A stretch of 57,603 nt of DNA from a virus (taxonomy: Duplodnaviria; Caudoviricetes). The DNA is taken from positions 1 to 57,603 of the IMG/VR virus record IMGVR_UViG_3300041809_000885. One strand, given 5' to 3'. The position numbers were made by a program, and so were the translations under genes. This document shows, one piece after another, positions 25,913 through 35,602 of this stretch (positions are counted from its first letter, which is position 1; each line of letters opens with the position of its first letter). Below the pieces are notes generated by a model. The model ran no database searches. It saw nothing but the letters and a program-made list of their open reading frames with translations, and was not told the origin of the DNA.

Positions 25913-26088
25913 AAAGCACCATTTTCGAGAACAAGACCGAGATGCCGGGTCCGAACGATCCGGGCGTAGTGCGCACCGCGCAGACCCGGGTCCAGATGCA
26001 TCAGAATTACGAACCGGCGATGAACATTCCCGACAAGGATATGAGCGTCACCAATGTCCAGCGTCCCCGCCGCGGACACGGCTACTGA
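25909..26088 (+). CDS. Small head-region protein
   Basis: GTGA-coupled, AAGGAG RBS; weak similarity to the next ORF. Confidence 0.7.
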   Translation: MKSTIFENKTEMPGPNDPGVVRTAQTRVQMHQNYEPAMNIPDKDMSVTNVQRPRRGHGY

Positions 26089-26098
26089 GGAGACAGCA

Positions 26099-26287
26099 AT
26101 GTCGAACGTCAACATCTTCCAGAATTCCGCCAAGTCGATCCCCGAGAGCGATGAGCAGATCATCCGGGTCAGCATGAAGCAGATCGACATTGGCGGTCGC
26201 ACCTCGCACCTGCCGGGCCAGGAGAAGTCGCCGGCCATGAACATCAGCCACGTTCCGAACGCCGGCACCATGACGGGAAGCAAGTAA
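26099..26287 (+). CDS. Small head-region protein
   Basis: GAGGAG RBS. Confidence 0.75.
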   Translation: MSNVNIFQNSAKSIPESDEQIIRVSMKQIDIGGRTSHLPGQEKSPAMNISHVPNAGTMTGSK

Positions 26288-26290
26288 GCC

Positions 26291-26899
26291 ATGGCGAAGA
26301 CAGTCGAGGTCGACGAAGCCGAGTATAACCAGATGGTCGCGCTGCGTGGCGTGGCCTCCCGCATGGTTGCCAAGCCGGAATCCCGTCGCCTGCTGGAGCA
26401 GGCCCAGAAACTGGTCGATCCGAACGCGGCGACCCCATTGCTTGATGCCGAGGCCGCCCAATTGGCGCCCGTCACCGCGCTCGAGAAGAAGTTCAACGAC
26501 GAAGTCGCCGCGCTGAAGAAAGAGCGTGAGGACGAGAAGCGCGAGCAGACCCTGGCCGCGATCGCTGGCAAGCAGGAAGCCGCCTTCGCCCGCCTCAAGT
26601 CTCAGGGCCACTACACCGATGAAGGCGTCGAAGCCGTCCGCAAGCTGATGGAGACCAAGGGCCTCATCGACGTCGATGATGCCGTTGCCATCTTCGAGCG
26701 CGCCAATCCCCCGCAGATGCCCGCGACCCCGTCCGGCATCACCGGCGACAAGTGGAATTTCACCGACACCTCGGCGCCCGGCACTGACAAGGCCATCGCC
26801 GATCTCATCGCCAGCAAGGGTGAGGGTTCGGTCGCCGACTCGGTTGTCGGGCGGATGGCGAACGAAACCCTTATGGAGATACGGGGGGCTCGTAGATAA
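26291..26899 (+). CDS. Putative capsid scaffolding protein
   Basis: Charged helical 202 aa upstream of the capsid gene. Confidence 0.65.
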   Translation: MAKTVEVDEAEYNQMVALRGVASRMVAKPESRRLLEQAQKLVDPNAATPLLDAEAAQLAPVTALEKKFNDEVAALKKEREDEKREQTLAAIAGKQEAAFARLKSQGHYTDEGVEAVRKLMETKGLIDVDDAVAIFERANPPQMPATPSGITGDKWNFTDTSAPGTDKAIADLIASKGEGSVADSVVGRMANETLMEIRGARR

Positions 26900-26968
26900 A
26901 TGTTGAATTCGGCACATAGCCATGAGATACCGGGTAGGGGCATTGTTGCCCTTACAGGAGGTCTCGTT

Positions 26969-27637
26969 ATGCCGAATCCCAACGGTCGTCCTCGACAGTT
27001 TCCCGATGTCCAATTGGTTTGTCGCCAGTGCGAAAATACTTTTTTCATGCGCGGCTCGGAAGCGCGCGGGTACGAGAAAAAGCACGGCAGAATCAAACCG
27101 TTTTGTTCAATGGAATGCTTTTACAAAGCGGCGAACCGTCATGTTATCGATCTGACGGAAGACGCTCCGACTTATATCTGTGCGGGGTGCGGAAAACAGG
27201 CGCGTCGGCGCCGTGATGTACTGCATGGCAAGCCCGGGCAGTGGGATATGCGGCAGAAATACTGTACGCTAGGCTGTTCGCACCAAGCGACGGCGACCAA
27301 GATTGCAGCGCGACGTGCTGAAGGTGATTATGGAAAAGGGCACATCAGTTCCGACGGCTATCACGTCGTAAAGACGTTTGGCGGTCGCCAGATGCGAATG
27401 CATCGAGTTATCATGGAAAAGATCTTGGGGCGGGCGCTGCGCGGGAACGAAAATGTACATCATATCAATGGCGATCGTGCCGATAATCGCCCGGAAAATT
27501 TAGAGTTGTGGGTGAAGACCCAACCCTGCGGCCAACGGGCTGCGGATCGCGTCGCTGCTGCAATTTCTCTTTTGCAGGATTATCCCGAATTGGCCGAGGC
27601 CGTAGGCTTTCGACTAGTTAAATATATAGGAGGCTAG
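26969..27637 (+). CDS. HNH endonuclease with N-terminal Zn fingers
   Basis: HRVIMEKILGR..ENVHHINGDRADNRPENLEL; CxxC/FCS motifs; CAGGAGG RBS. Confidence 0.9.
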   Translation: MPNPNGRPRQFPDVQLVCRQCENTFFMRGSEARGYEKKHGRIKPFCSMECFYKAANRHVIDLTEDAPTYICAGCGKQARRRRDVLHGKPGQWDMRQKYCTLGCSHQATATKIAARRAEGDYGKGHISSDGYHVVKTFGGRQMRMHRVIMEKILGRALRGNENVHHINGDRADNRPENLELWVKTQPCGQRAADRVAAAISLLQDYPELAEAVGFRLVKYIGG

Positions 27638-27638
27638 T

Positions 27639-28679
27639 TTGCCGCTCCCAGGTCTCGGTGTCGCACCCGCAGCAGGCTCACTTTATACTGAACTAAGTGC
27701 TGTGACAAGGCGCGCTTTTGTGCCAAAATTGTTTGTCCAGCTCTATTTTGGTAGTCCATGTTTATTTTACATGCTGGGCAACTCGCAGCGCGCTGCCGGC
27801 GGCCTGAATCAGGTCACTATACCGTTGCAAGGAAATTCCATGGTCCAAGGTCAATGGACCGGGTACGGTGGAGGATTCAATTCCCCCGTTATCACCCCCG
27901 GCATCCAGAACGGCCAATGGAATTTGGCCTACTGGGTGGTCCCGGTCCCGCTGCCGTTCGGCGAAACGGTGATCCAGGCGACCGACCGCGAGGTCAGTCT
28001 GCTCAAGACCCGCATGAATGACGTCTACGCGGTCACCCGCCAGAATATGGCGCGGCTGATGTTCACCAACAACTCGGCGAACCCGCTGCTGCCCGACTCA
28101 TTCTACAACGCCTTCGATGATGGCACCAACGTGCCGACCTACGGCGGCATCAACCGCAACGCGCAGGGCAACTCGGCCTTCAAGGGCCAGTACATCAACC
28201 TGAACTCCGGCACCTACTCGCAGGGTACCGCGGGCTTCACTCGGGCAGGCATGGCTACCTTGCTGGCCGGCGTCACCGACGCGGCGGGCGGTGAAGCGCC
28301 GACTTACGTGGTGATGAATCCGGGCGATTACGCCACGCTCAACAACACCTTCATCTCGATCGAGCAGATCAACCCACCGCCGGGTTCGACCTACACGATG
28401 GACACCGCGGTGCGATCGTCCTTCCCGAACCTCGTGGTGTCCGGCATCCCGATTTTCTCGGATCACTTTTGTCCGAAGGGAAGCTGCTTCGGCGTCAACG
28501 TCAAGTACACGTCAATGTACATGTCGGAAGACGCGGCGTTCGACTTCTCCGGCTTCTATTCGCTCGTTCCACTGGGCCAGATCGGACAGCAGGGCGTCGT
28601 CGTGGTCGGGTACGACATCCTGACGGCGAAGTCGGTCAGCGGTTTCTATGGCTACAACCTGCAGGGCTCTGCATTCTAA
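27639..28679 (+). CDS. Major capsid protein
   Basis: 346 aa, GGAGG RBS with TTG start; position; YGGINR and GIPIFSDHFCP motifs; strong codon bias. Confidence 0.85.
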   Translation: MPLPGLGVAPAAGSLYTELSAVTRRAFVPKLFVQLYFGSPCLFYMLGNSQRAAGGLNQVTIPLQGNSMVQGQWTGYGGGFNSPVITPGIQNGQWNLAYWVVPVPLPFGETVIQATDREVSLLKTRMNDVYAVTRQNMARLMFTNNSANPLLPDSFYNAFDDGTNVPTYGGINRNAQGNSAFKGQYINLNSGTYSQGTAGFTRAGMATLLAGVTDAAGGEAPTYVVMNPGDYATLNNTFISIEQINPPPGSTYTMDTAVRSSFPNLVVSGIPIFSDHFCPKGSCFGVNVKYTSMYMSEDAAFDFSGFYSLVPLGQIGQQGVVVVGYDILTAKSVSGFYGYNLQGSAF

Positions 28680-28693
28680 AAGGAGAGTTTTAA

Positions 28694-29869
28694 ATGCCAG
28701 TTCCGTTGGCAGGTCCAGGGCAGGGATTGCCCTATCCCCAGAACAATTATCCTAGCGAACTGCAAAATGCCCCGCAGGACGCCTCGAGCAATCGCCTCGG
28801 CCTCGCGCCTGGCGATTCGTTCGTGTTGCCGGCCGGCGACTGGATCATCACCCTCGGGATGTATTGCGTGCTGCAATATCTCGACCCCGTCACCAACACC
28901 TGGACGATGTCGGCCGGCGCGGCATGGACCCGCGGGCAGATTTTCGTCACGGCCGACGGATTCACCCAGCGCATCGCCAATCTGACCGGTTGCATCGTTT
29001 CGGCATCGATCATCAACGGCGGCACCAGCTACGTGCAGGCTACCACGACCATCACGGCGATCGGTACTTTCGGCAACGGTGCGGCTCCGACCCTGCTTCC
29101 GATCGTCGGCGGCGCGCTCGGCCTCACCGGCACGTTCACCATCGACGTTCCGACCAAGGGCGCCGGTTATGGTGTGCCCCCGATCATCATGATCCCGCCG
29201 CCGCCCCCGGCGAACGTCAATGCGAACGGCGTTGGCGGTATCCAGGCCACGGCGATCGCAGTGATCGGCTCCGGCGGGTCGATCTCCTCGGTCAGCATCA
29301 CCAATCCCGGCGCCGGCTACCCGACGGTTCCGACCGCCGTGGTGGTGCCGAGCCCGTTTGATCCGAATCTCGCCACCGGCATCACGCAGGCCTCGGTGAC
29401 GTTCTCGCTGGCTTCGGCCGGCGCGATCACCGGCGTGCTGGTGACCAATAATGGCGCTCCGCTCAATAACGGTTCGCTGGGTTCGGTGACGCTGTCGGTC
29501 GGCGGTGCTGGCAGCGGCCCTGCCTCGCTGACGGCGAATGTGCTGCAGACTGTTGTTTCCGGCACCGTGTCGGGTACCGGCACCGGTTTCGGTACGGCGG
29601 TTTCGATCCTCACTTCCGGCGGCGCTCCGCTGCCGGGTTCGATCACCAATGGGCCGGATTCGAACTATCTGACCTTTATGCCTCGACCGGCAAATATCTC
29701 GTCCCCGTCGGTTACCGCAGGCGCGGTGGCGGCGATCTACGACGGCGGCCTGTTCGAGTCGGCTCCGACGTTCACGGCGCTCGGCGCGCTCGCCGGCTCG
29801 GTCGCTCCGACGCTGGCCATGATCATGGGTGGTCGTGCCGATATCGCGATCATCCAGCCGGGACCGTAA
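28694..29869 (+). CDS. Gly-rich virion structural or decoration protein
   Basis: Repeated ITNPGAGY/INGGTSY motifs; follows the capsid gene. Confidence 0.7.
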   Translation: MPVPLAGPGQGLPYPQNNYPSELQNAPQDASSNRLGLAPGDSFVLPAGDWIITLGMYCVLQYLDPVTNTWTMSAGAAWTRGQIFVTADGFTQRIANLTGCIVSASIINGGTSYVQATTTITAIGTFGNGAAPTLLPIVGGALGLTGTFTIDVPTKGAGYGVPPIIMIPPPPPANVNANGVGGIQATAIAVIGSGGSISSVSITNPGAGYPTVPTAVVVPSPFDPNLATGITQASVTFSLASAGAITGVLVTNNGAPLNNGSLGSVTLSVGGAGSGPASLTANVLQTVVSGTVSGTGTGFGTAVSILTSGGAPLPGSITNGPDSNYLTFMPRPANISSPSVTAGAVAAIYDGGLFESAPTFTALGALAGSVAPTLAMIMGGRADIAIIQPGP

Positions 29870-30133
29870 ATGGCCGAGACCTTCAGCCAGAGTTTGACGG
29901 GCGTCAGTTCGAACGCCCGTTATAACGCGGCCAAGGTGCTGCAGGTTGGCGATACGGATATGGCCGGCAATGTCGTATCGGCGGGTAACGTCAATTTCGT
30001 CGGGGCCCAGCAGGGAGCAATGCAGCGCAACGGCTACATTCTCTGTCAGGGCCCCGATGGTTCCCAATCGTACCACGTCATCGACGCCGAGCGTTCTATT
30101 CTTCCCAGCTATATCGTTCTGAGGAAGGTGTAA
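29870..30133 (+). CDS. Small virion-associated protein
   Basis: 87 aa in the structural operon. Confidence 0.7.
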   Translation: MAETFSQSLTGVSSNARYNAAKVLQVGDTDMAGNVVSAGNVNFVGAQQGAMQRNGYILCQGPDGSQSYHVIDAERSILPSYIVLRKV

Positions 30134-30159
30134 GGTAGTCGGCAAAGGAGTGCCTTGCT

Positions 30160-30924
30160 TTGCTGACGTCTTATCTCACCTCGACCCGGTCATTGCTTCA
30201 GCTCCCCGGCAGCAATTCCACCAGCCTGTATTCCGACGCCGACCTGACGCGGTTCATCAACACGGCGCGCGGGCAGGTCGCCGGCGAGGGCGAGTGCATC
30301 CGCGTTCACGGCACGATCTCGACTGTGGTTGGTCAGGAGTCTTACCCGTTCTCCGGCATCAATGTCGGCGTGCCCGCAACTACCGGCGTGCAAGGCGTGA
30401 TCAACATCCAGAGCATGCATTACGTCGCCGGCAATGGGCAGTTATGGCTGACGCCGCGCCCGTGGCCATGGTTCTCGCTGTACAACCGCAACAATGCCGC
30501 GCCGCAACCTGGTCCGCCGAAGGAGTGGGCGCAATATGGTCAGGGCGCGGCTCCGAGCGGCGTCGCCAACACCACCGTGAACGGCGGGTCGTTCTACGTC
30601 TCGCCGCTGCCGGACGACATCTACCAGCTCAATTGCAACACGGTCTGCTATCCGCAGGCACTGGCGGCCGATAGCGATGTCGAGGCACTGCCGTACTTCT
30701 GGACCGATGCGGTGCCGTTCTTCGCCGCCTATTTCGCCCTGATGTCGGCGCAGACCAACGCTCGCATGGCGGATGCCGCGCAGATGTACAAGGGGCATTA
30801 CAACGAGTTCATGTCGCGGGCACGCAACCAGTCCAACCCGAGCGTCAATAGCTGGATTTACAGCCAGGCCGGGGATCCCGCGCAGGCGCAGAAGATGGGC
30901 ATCAAGGCGGGAGGTGCCCAATGA
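30160..30924 (+). CDS. Head-tail adaptor / tail tubular A-like protein
   Basis: FINTARGQVAG..CIR, PLPDDIYQ, WTDAVPFFAA. Confidence 0.65.
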   Translation: MLTSYLTSTRSLLQLPGSNSTSLYSDADLTRFINTARGQVAGEGECIRVHGTISTVVGQESYPFSGINVGVPATTGVQGVINIQSMHYVAGNGQLWLTPRPWPWFSLYNRNNAAPQPGPPKEWAQYGQGAAPSGVANTTVNGGSFYVSPLPDDIYQLNCNTVCYPQALAADSDVEALPYFWTDAVPFFAAYFALMSAQTNARMADAAQMYKGHYNEFMSRARNQSNPSVNSWIYSQAGDPAQAQKMGIKAGGAQ

Positions 30925-31859
30925 TCACCGACGCATTTGAATATCTCAAACAGACGGAGCGCTTCTTACGCGAGCAGAAGCAGCAGTTTGAGAATCCGGC
31001 CGATCTTCTTTCTTATATCAACCGTGCTCGGCGAGAAGTGGCTGGCCGCACGCAATGCATCCGCCGCCTGACGCCGATCTCCGGGCAATGCGTGTCGGTG
31101 CAAGTGCTTACCGGCGGCAGCGGCTATGTTAATCCAGTGGCGACGATCACGACGCCCGATTTCCCCAGTGGAATATTGCCAAGCCCTAACGGGAGGCAGG
31201 CCACCGCTGGCGTCTCGATGAACGGCGGGGTGATCACGGGCATCGACATCAACGATGGTGGCGACGGGTATTTTCAACCCATTATCACGATCACCGATGC
31301 GTCCGGGCCAGGCGCAGGTGCAACGGCTACTGTTGCGATATCGCCGATCAACACTTTAAACATCGGACAAGAGGTCTATCCATTCTCGAGCATTTACCTC
31401 GGCAATTGGCCGGGCGTGGACTCGGTGCATGCGATTAAATCAGCCAGCGTGATCTACGCAAATTACCGCTACATGCTGCCAATGTATGCCTTTAGCACCT
31501 ACCAGAGTCAAATTCGGCAGTACCCGTTCCAGTACCAATATGTACCAACTTTCTGCTCGCAATTCGGTCAGGGTGCGGGCGGATCGTTTTATGCGTACCC
31601 GTTACCTTCACAGACTTACCAGTGGGAGTTCGACTGCTTCTGCTTGCCGACCGACATGACGCTGGATAATTCGGTTCCGGAAGCAATCCCGCAGCCGTGG
31701 ACCGATGCCGTGCCGTATATGGCGGCGCAGCTTGCTTACATGGAACTCCAGAATCTGAACATGGCAAAATATTACCAAACCGAATTCGATCGGATGACCC
31801 TTGGTTATTCGTCACAGGCTAGACCGGGGCGGGCGATAAATCCCTACGGAAGAGTCTGA
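30921..31859 (+). CDS. Second adaptor-like paralogue with inserted Gly-rich domain
   Basis: YINRARREVAG..CIR, PLPSQTYQ, WTDAVPYMAA. Confidence 0.65.
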   Translation: MITDAFEYLKQTERFLREQKQQFENPADLLSYINRARREVAGRTQCIRRLTPISGQCVSVQVLTGGSGYVNPVATITTPDFPSGILPSPNGRQATAGVSMNGGVITGIDINDGGDGYFQPIITITDASGPGAGATATVAISPINTLNIGQEVYPFSSIYLGNWPGVDSVHAIKSASVIYANYRYMLPMYAFSTYQSQIRQYPFQYQYVPTFCSQFGQGAGGSFYAYPLPSQTYQWEFDCFCLPTDMTLDNSVPEAIPQPWTDAVPYMAAQLAYMELQNLNMAKYYQTEFDRMTLGYSSQARPGRAINPYGRV

Positions 31860-33463
31860 TGATAGAAGCCTCCCAGCCCCAAGGCGATCAGCCGACGCCT
31901 TACACCCCCGCCGGTCCGCCCGACCCGCTGATCTTCGAGGCTTTCGAGGGTATCAACACCGCGACGCTGCGCCCGGGTGTCGACGACAAGCAGGCCGCGT
32001 GGCTCGACGGCTTGATGCCGCTCGGGCCGGGCCGGAATTTGCGGACGATGTGGGGGGTCGCTCCGGCGCTATTCACGCCGCCCGACAACGACCGCGTGGT
32101 TTTTTTCGACTTCTTCAACATCGGTACCACGCCCTACATGCTGGTGGTGGTCAACACCGGCGAAATTTATGCGGTCAACACCAATACCGGATCTTATTCG
32201 TCGATCGCTCCCGACGGCACGATCCATAACCCGGTCCGGGTAAACATGGGGCTCACCCAGTACGGCGCCAAGTACGTCCTGATCGTTGCCCAGCAGACCA
32301 ATGGCTATTTCATCTGGGATGGCACGACGTTTTACAGCCCGGGAGCCTCGTTCGGCGGCGGTGTTATCCCGCTTGCGATTAGCGGCACCGCGATCGAGAT
32401 TTATGCCGGTCGGGTGTGGATTGCCAACGGTCCGACGATCACCTTCAGCGTGCCGGGCTCGGTGATCGACTTCTCGTCCGGCAACGGCGGCGGCAATTTC
32501 ACCTCGAGCGACAGCTTCCTGCGCGTCGCCTACATCCAGCTGAAACAGACCAATGGATTTTTGTATCTGATCGGCGATTCCAGCGTCAACTATATTTCCG
32601 GCGTCAACACCTCGGGCTCGCCGCCGGTGACGACGTTCACCAACCAGAACGCCGATCCGGAAGTTGGCTCGCCGTGGCCGGCTTCGGTCGATGTGTTCAG
32701 TCGCAATATCCTGTTCGCCAATGCCTTCGGTGCCCACGTTTCCTATGGCGGCGCGGTGACTAAGATCAGCGACATGCTGGATGGCATCTATAATACTGTA
32801 CCGAATTTCGGTAATATCAATCCATCGGCGGGCAAGGCGATCATCTTCGGCAAGAAGTGCTGGATGCTGCTGCTGCCGATCATCGATCCGGTGAAAGGCC
32901 AGCAGGTCAACAAGCTCCTGCTCTGGAATAGCAAGATATGGTGGGCATCCGAGCAGGACGTCCCGCTGATCTATATCCAGCACCAGGAGATCAATTCGGT
33001 TCTGACTTGCTATGGCACTGACGGCGGGTCGGTCTATCAGTTGTTCGCGCAACCTTCGACCGCCTTTAAGAAGACAGCCCAAACCAAGCTATGGGACAAA
33101 CCGGGTGGGTATCAGTTTACGAAATGGGTGACCCGGTTGTGGGGCATCGTTCAGTATTACAGCAATCTGTCTCCCACGCTTAATATTTCGATCGACAACG
33201 AAGTAAGTTCGAATTTGAACGCCATCACTACTGTCCCCGATGCCGTTGAGTGGGTTAACAATCTTGGTGCCGTGGTGACATGGCTGAATAATCTGGGGCA
33301 ACCGGTTCAATGGCTTTCCAGCGGTGTGGGATATTCGGTGCTGGCTCCCGAAGCGGTAAGTCAGTCCGGGGTGCTGACCGGGTTTACAATTTCGACGAAT
33401 GCCGCTGATATGGCGATTGTGTCGATGATGATTCAGGATACGATCGCCGGAAATCGAGGGTAA
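31859..33463 (+). CDS. Tail nozzle / tubular B-like (beta-rich) protein
   Basis: 534 aa, beta-rich, follows the adaptors. Confidence 0.6.
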   Translation: MIEASQPQGDQPTPYTPAGPPDPLIFEAFEGINTATLRPGVDDKQAAWLDGLMPLGPGRNLRTMWGVAPALFTPPDNDRVVFFDFFNIGTTPYMLVVVNTGEIYAVNTNTGSYSSIAPDGTIHNPVRVNMGLTQYGAKYVLIVAQQTNGYFIWDGTTFYSPGASFGGGVIPLAISGTAIEIYAGRVWIANGPTITFSVPGSVIDFSSGNGGGNFTSSDSFLRVAYIQLKQTNGFLYLIGDSSVNYISGVNTSGSPPVTTFTNQNADPEVGSPWPASVDVFSRNILFANAFGAHVSYGGAVTKISDMLDGIYNTVPNFGNINPSAGKAIIFGKKCWMLLLPIIDPVKGQQVNKLLLWNSKIWWASEQDVPLIYIQHQEINSVLTCYGTDGGSVYQLFAQPSTAFKKTAQTKLWDKPGGYQFTKWVTRLWGIVQYYSNLSPTLNISIDNEVSSNLNAITTVPDAVEWVNNLGAVVTWLNNLGQPVQWLSSGVGYSVLAPEAVSQSGVLTGFTISTNAADMAIVSMMIQDTIAGNRG

Positions 33464-33466
33464 AGA

Positions 33467-34252
33467 ATGTCTTATAGCCTTACCCAATTCGCTAATAGCC
33501 CCGGCCCGGATCAGCTGTCGGCGCTGGACAATAATTTCAGTACGCTCAGTGCCGCCGATACCATTGCTTGTGCAATCGCCGGTACCAATACGCTGACGCT
33601 GACTCAGAATGCTGCGGGACTGGTGCCGTCGGCAACATTAGCCGCTTACAGCAATTATATGCTGTTCACCGGCGTGGCTTCGGCGACCAATACCAGCGCC
33701 GTGACGGCAACGGTCGGATCGCTCGGCGCGTTGAATGTCTACAAGGACACACTTGCCGGGCCAGCGCTGCTGACGGGCAATGAAATCATAATCGATAACG
33801 CGATCAGTCTGCGCTACGATTCGACGTTGAATAGCGGGACTGGCGGTTTCCATCTTACCTCGTCCACCGCGAACGTCAGCACGGCGATTTCCCCTTCATC
33901 GGTGCAGGTCAATGGCGGGGCGACGCTGACCAACTGGCTGACGGGTAACTCGCCGACCCTAACGTTCACGGCGACGCCGGGACTGACAACGCAGGATCAG
34001 ACTTTCACCCTGACCGCTCTGGCCGCCGCCGCGGCAGCGTCGCTCCCCGCGCCCGGCGACTTCCTCGCGGTCAGTCCGTCATCGGTGGCTGCCGCAGGCG
34101 TGTCGTACCAGGCGTTCGCCGGCTCGCTCGCCTCGCTGAGTTCGACGACGTCGGTGGTGACCGTCACTATCCGGCTGTCTAACCTTGCTTCTGCCAGCCT
34201 CGCATCCAACAGCGGTATTTATCGCTGGAAAGCCGAGAGGTTCACGCCTTGA
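33467..34252 (+). CDS. Tail fibre/needle-like protein
   Basis: LSALDNNF N-terminal motif; Thr/Ser-rich; no signal peptide. Confidence 0.55.
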   Translation: MSYSLTQFANSPGPDQLSALDNNFSTLSAADTIACAIAGTNTLTLTQNAAGLVPSATLAAYSNYMLFTGVASATNTSAVTATVGSLGALNVYKDTLAGPALLTGNEIIIDNAISLRYDSTLNSGTGGFHLTSSTANVSTAISPSSVQVNGGATLTNWLTGNSPTLTFTATPGLTTQDQTFTLTALAAAAAASLPAPGDFLAVSPSSVAAAGVSYQAFAGSLASLSSTTSVVTVTIRLSNLASASLASNSGIYRWKAERFTP

Positions 34253-34590
34253 GCGGGCTGGCCAACCTTTTCAACGTCCCGCGCACCGAGGATGAGCGGG
34301 CGGCGTGGTCGTTCTCGCACATGGCGCACCATCGCGACATCAACGCTGCGATTTACAGGCTTCTCGCGGTCGCACTTCCAGAGTATATCCTTGACCCGAT
34401 CGATCCGAACGACAGCGGGCAATGGGAGTACCAGCATCAGCTTATGCATGATAACGAAAATGCGATCCTTGGAATCCAGGGACAGGATCTAACGGGCATC
34501 GACTGGAAGAACCCACAAATACTCGAGGCGTGGGTTTTCCTGAACGCAAACGAACATTATCAGGCGGCAGAAATATTACTCATAGGATGA
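34249..34590 (+). CDS. Hypothetical virion-module protein
   Basis: 113 aa, His-containing motifs. Confidence 0.7.
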   Translation: MSGLANLFNVPRTEDERAAWSFSHMAHHRDINAAIYRLLAVALPEYILDPIDPNDSGQWEYQHQLMHDNENAILGIQGQDLTGIDWKNPQILEAWVFLNANEHYQAAEILLIG

Positions 34591-35063
34591 ACGTGAACAT
34601 GGCAGAAGCAGCGGTAAAAGAAATCGATCACGTCCCGGCGCCGACCCGCCGCTTCGAGCTGGCCGATCTCAGCCAGCATGGCGCGTGGCTACTGAAGCGG
34701 TTTTCCGCCAAATTTCCCGACATGACCGACAATACGATTGCCGGGTATCTGCGCGGGATACTTTTCAGCAACGAGCATTTGTTTTTGTATCAGGACAATG
34801 CGGTTGGTCTCGCGCAGCTGGTTTACAGTCCCGGCATTCGTCCGGTGAAAGTCGTGCAGGAACGGTTCGTCTGGATCAAGGATCGCAATAACAAGGAATG
34901 GTGCGAGAACGCGGCCGACTTCTACTCGGAGATGCAGGCGTGGGGCAAGCGGCAGGGTGCTGAGCGCCTTATCGCTTGCGAAGACACCGACGTGCCGAAG
35001 GCGATGATCGAGGCGAGGATCGGTCGCCTGTTCGACACCAAGATCAGCCACGCGAGGATATGA
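34587..35063 (+). CDS. Hypothetical, possibly degenerate GNAT fold
   Basis: ATGA-coupled; WGKRQGAERL segment. Confidence 0.6.
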   Translation: MNVNMAEAAVKEIDHVPAPTRRFELADLSQHGAWLLKRFSAKFPDMTDNTIAGYLRGILFSNEHLFLYQDNAVGLAQLVYSPGIRPVKVVQERFVWIKDRNNKEWCENAADFYSEMQAWGKRQGAERLIACEDTDVPKAMIEARIGRLFDTKISHARI

Positions 35064-35593
35064 TGGACCTTGACCAGATGGTTGCCGAGCACCCGGAGAT
35101 GTTCACTGGGCTGTATCGTCTCGGCGAGGCGCGAGCAAAACCGGCGATCACCTATCAAGTCGAGACCGTCAAGGCCGTGCAGGACGAGGGCCTGGCGCTG
35201 CTCGATCTCCACTACGACGAGATCGCGCAGTTCAAGGGCGTGCAGAAACTCGACCCGGATTGGGATTTCTATTACCGGATCGAGGCGCAGGGCAAGTTGT
35301 GGGTGCTGACGGCGCGGGCCGGCGGACAGATGATCGGCTACACCGTGATGATGCTGTCGAGCGACCCGCATTACCGCAAGTTGATGCGGGCAACCGAGGA
35401 TATCCATTTCATCCTTCCCGAGTACCGCAAGGGACTGACCGGCTACCGGATGCTGGCCAAGACCAAGCAGGCCATGAAGGAAAAGGGCGCCCGTACCGTC
35501 ACTTTCCGGACCAAGGCCAATGCGGACCACGGCCTGCTGTTCGAGCGGCTGGGTGGAGTTTTGCACGATCTGGTGTATACGATTGTTCTATAG
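35060..35593 (+). CDS. GNAT-family acetyltransferase-like protein
   Basis: MIGY, FILPEYRKGLTGYRML, LFERLG. Confidence 0.75.
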   Translation: MMDLDQMVAEHPEMFTGLYRLGEARAKPAITYQVETVKAVQDEGLALLDLHYDEIAQFKGVQKLDPDWDFYYRIEAQGKLWVLTARAGGQMIGYTVMMLSSDPHYRKLMRATEDIHFILPEYRKGLTGYRMLAKTKQAMKEKGARTVTFRTKANADHGLLFERLGGVLHDLVYTIVL

Positions 35594-35602
35594 GAGCGTG
35601 CT

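Noticed and set aside
26900-27637. Group I intron or intein hosting an HNH
   Set aside because: Flanking scaffold and capsid ORFs look complete, and no split gene or intein motif was seen at any HNH locus
28676-30145. Long antisense ORFs (also 3337-4251, 21595-22674, 26048-27085, 32069-33082, 36731-37852, 48659-49726)
   Set aside because: Shadow frames of GC3-rich real genes on the opposite strand; no motifs or RBS
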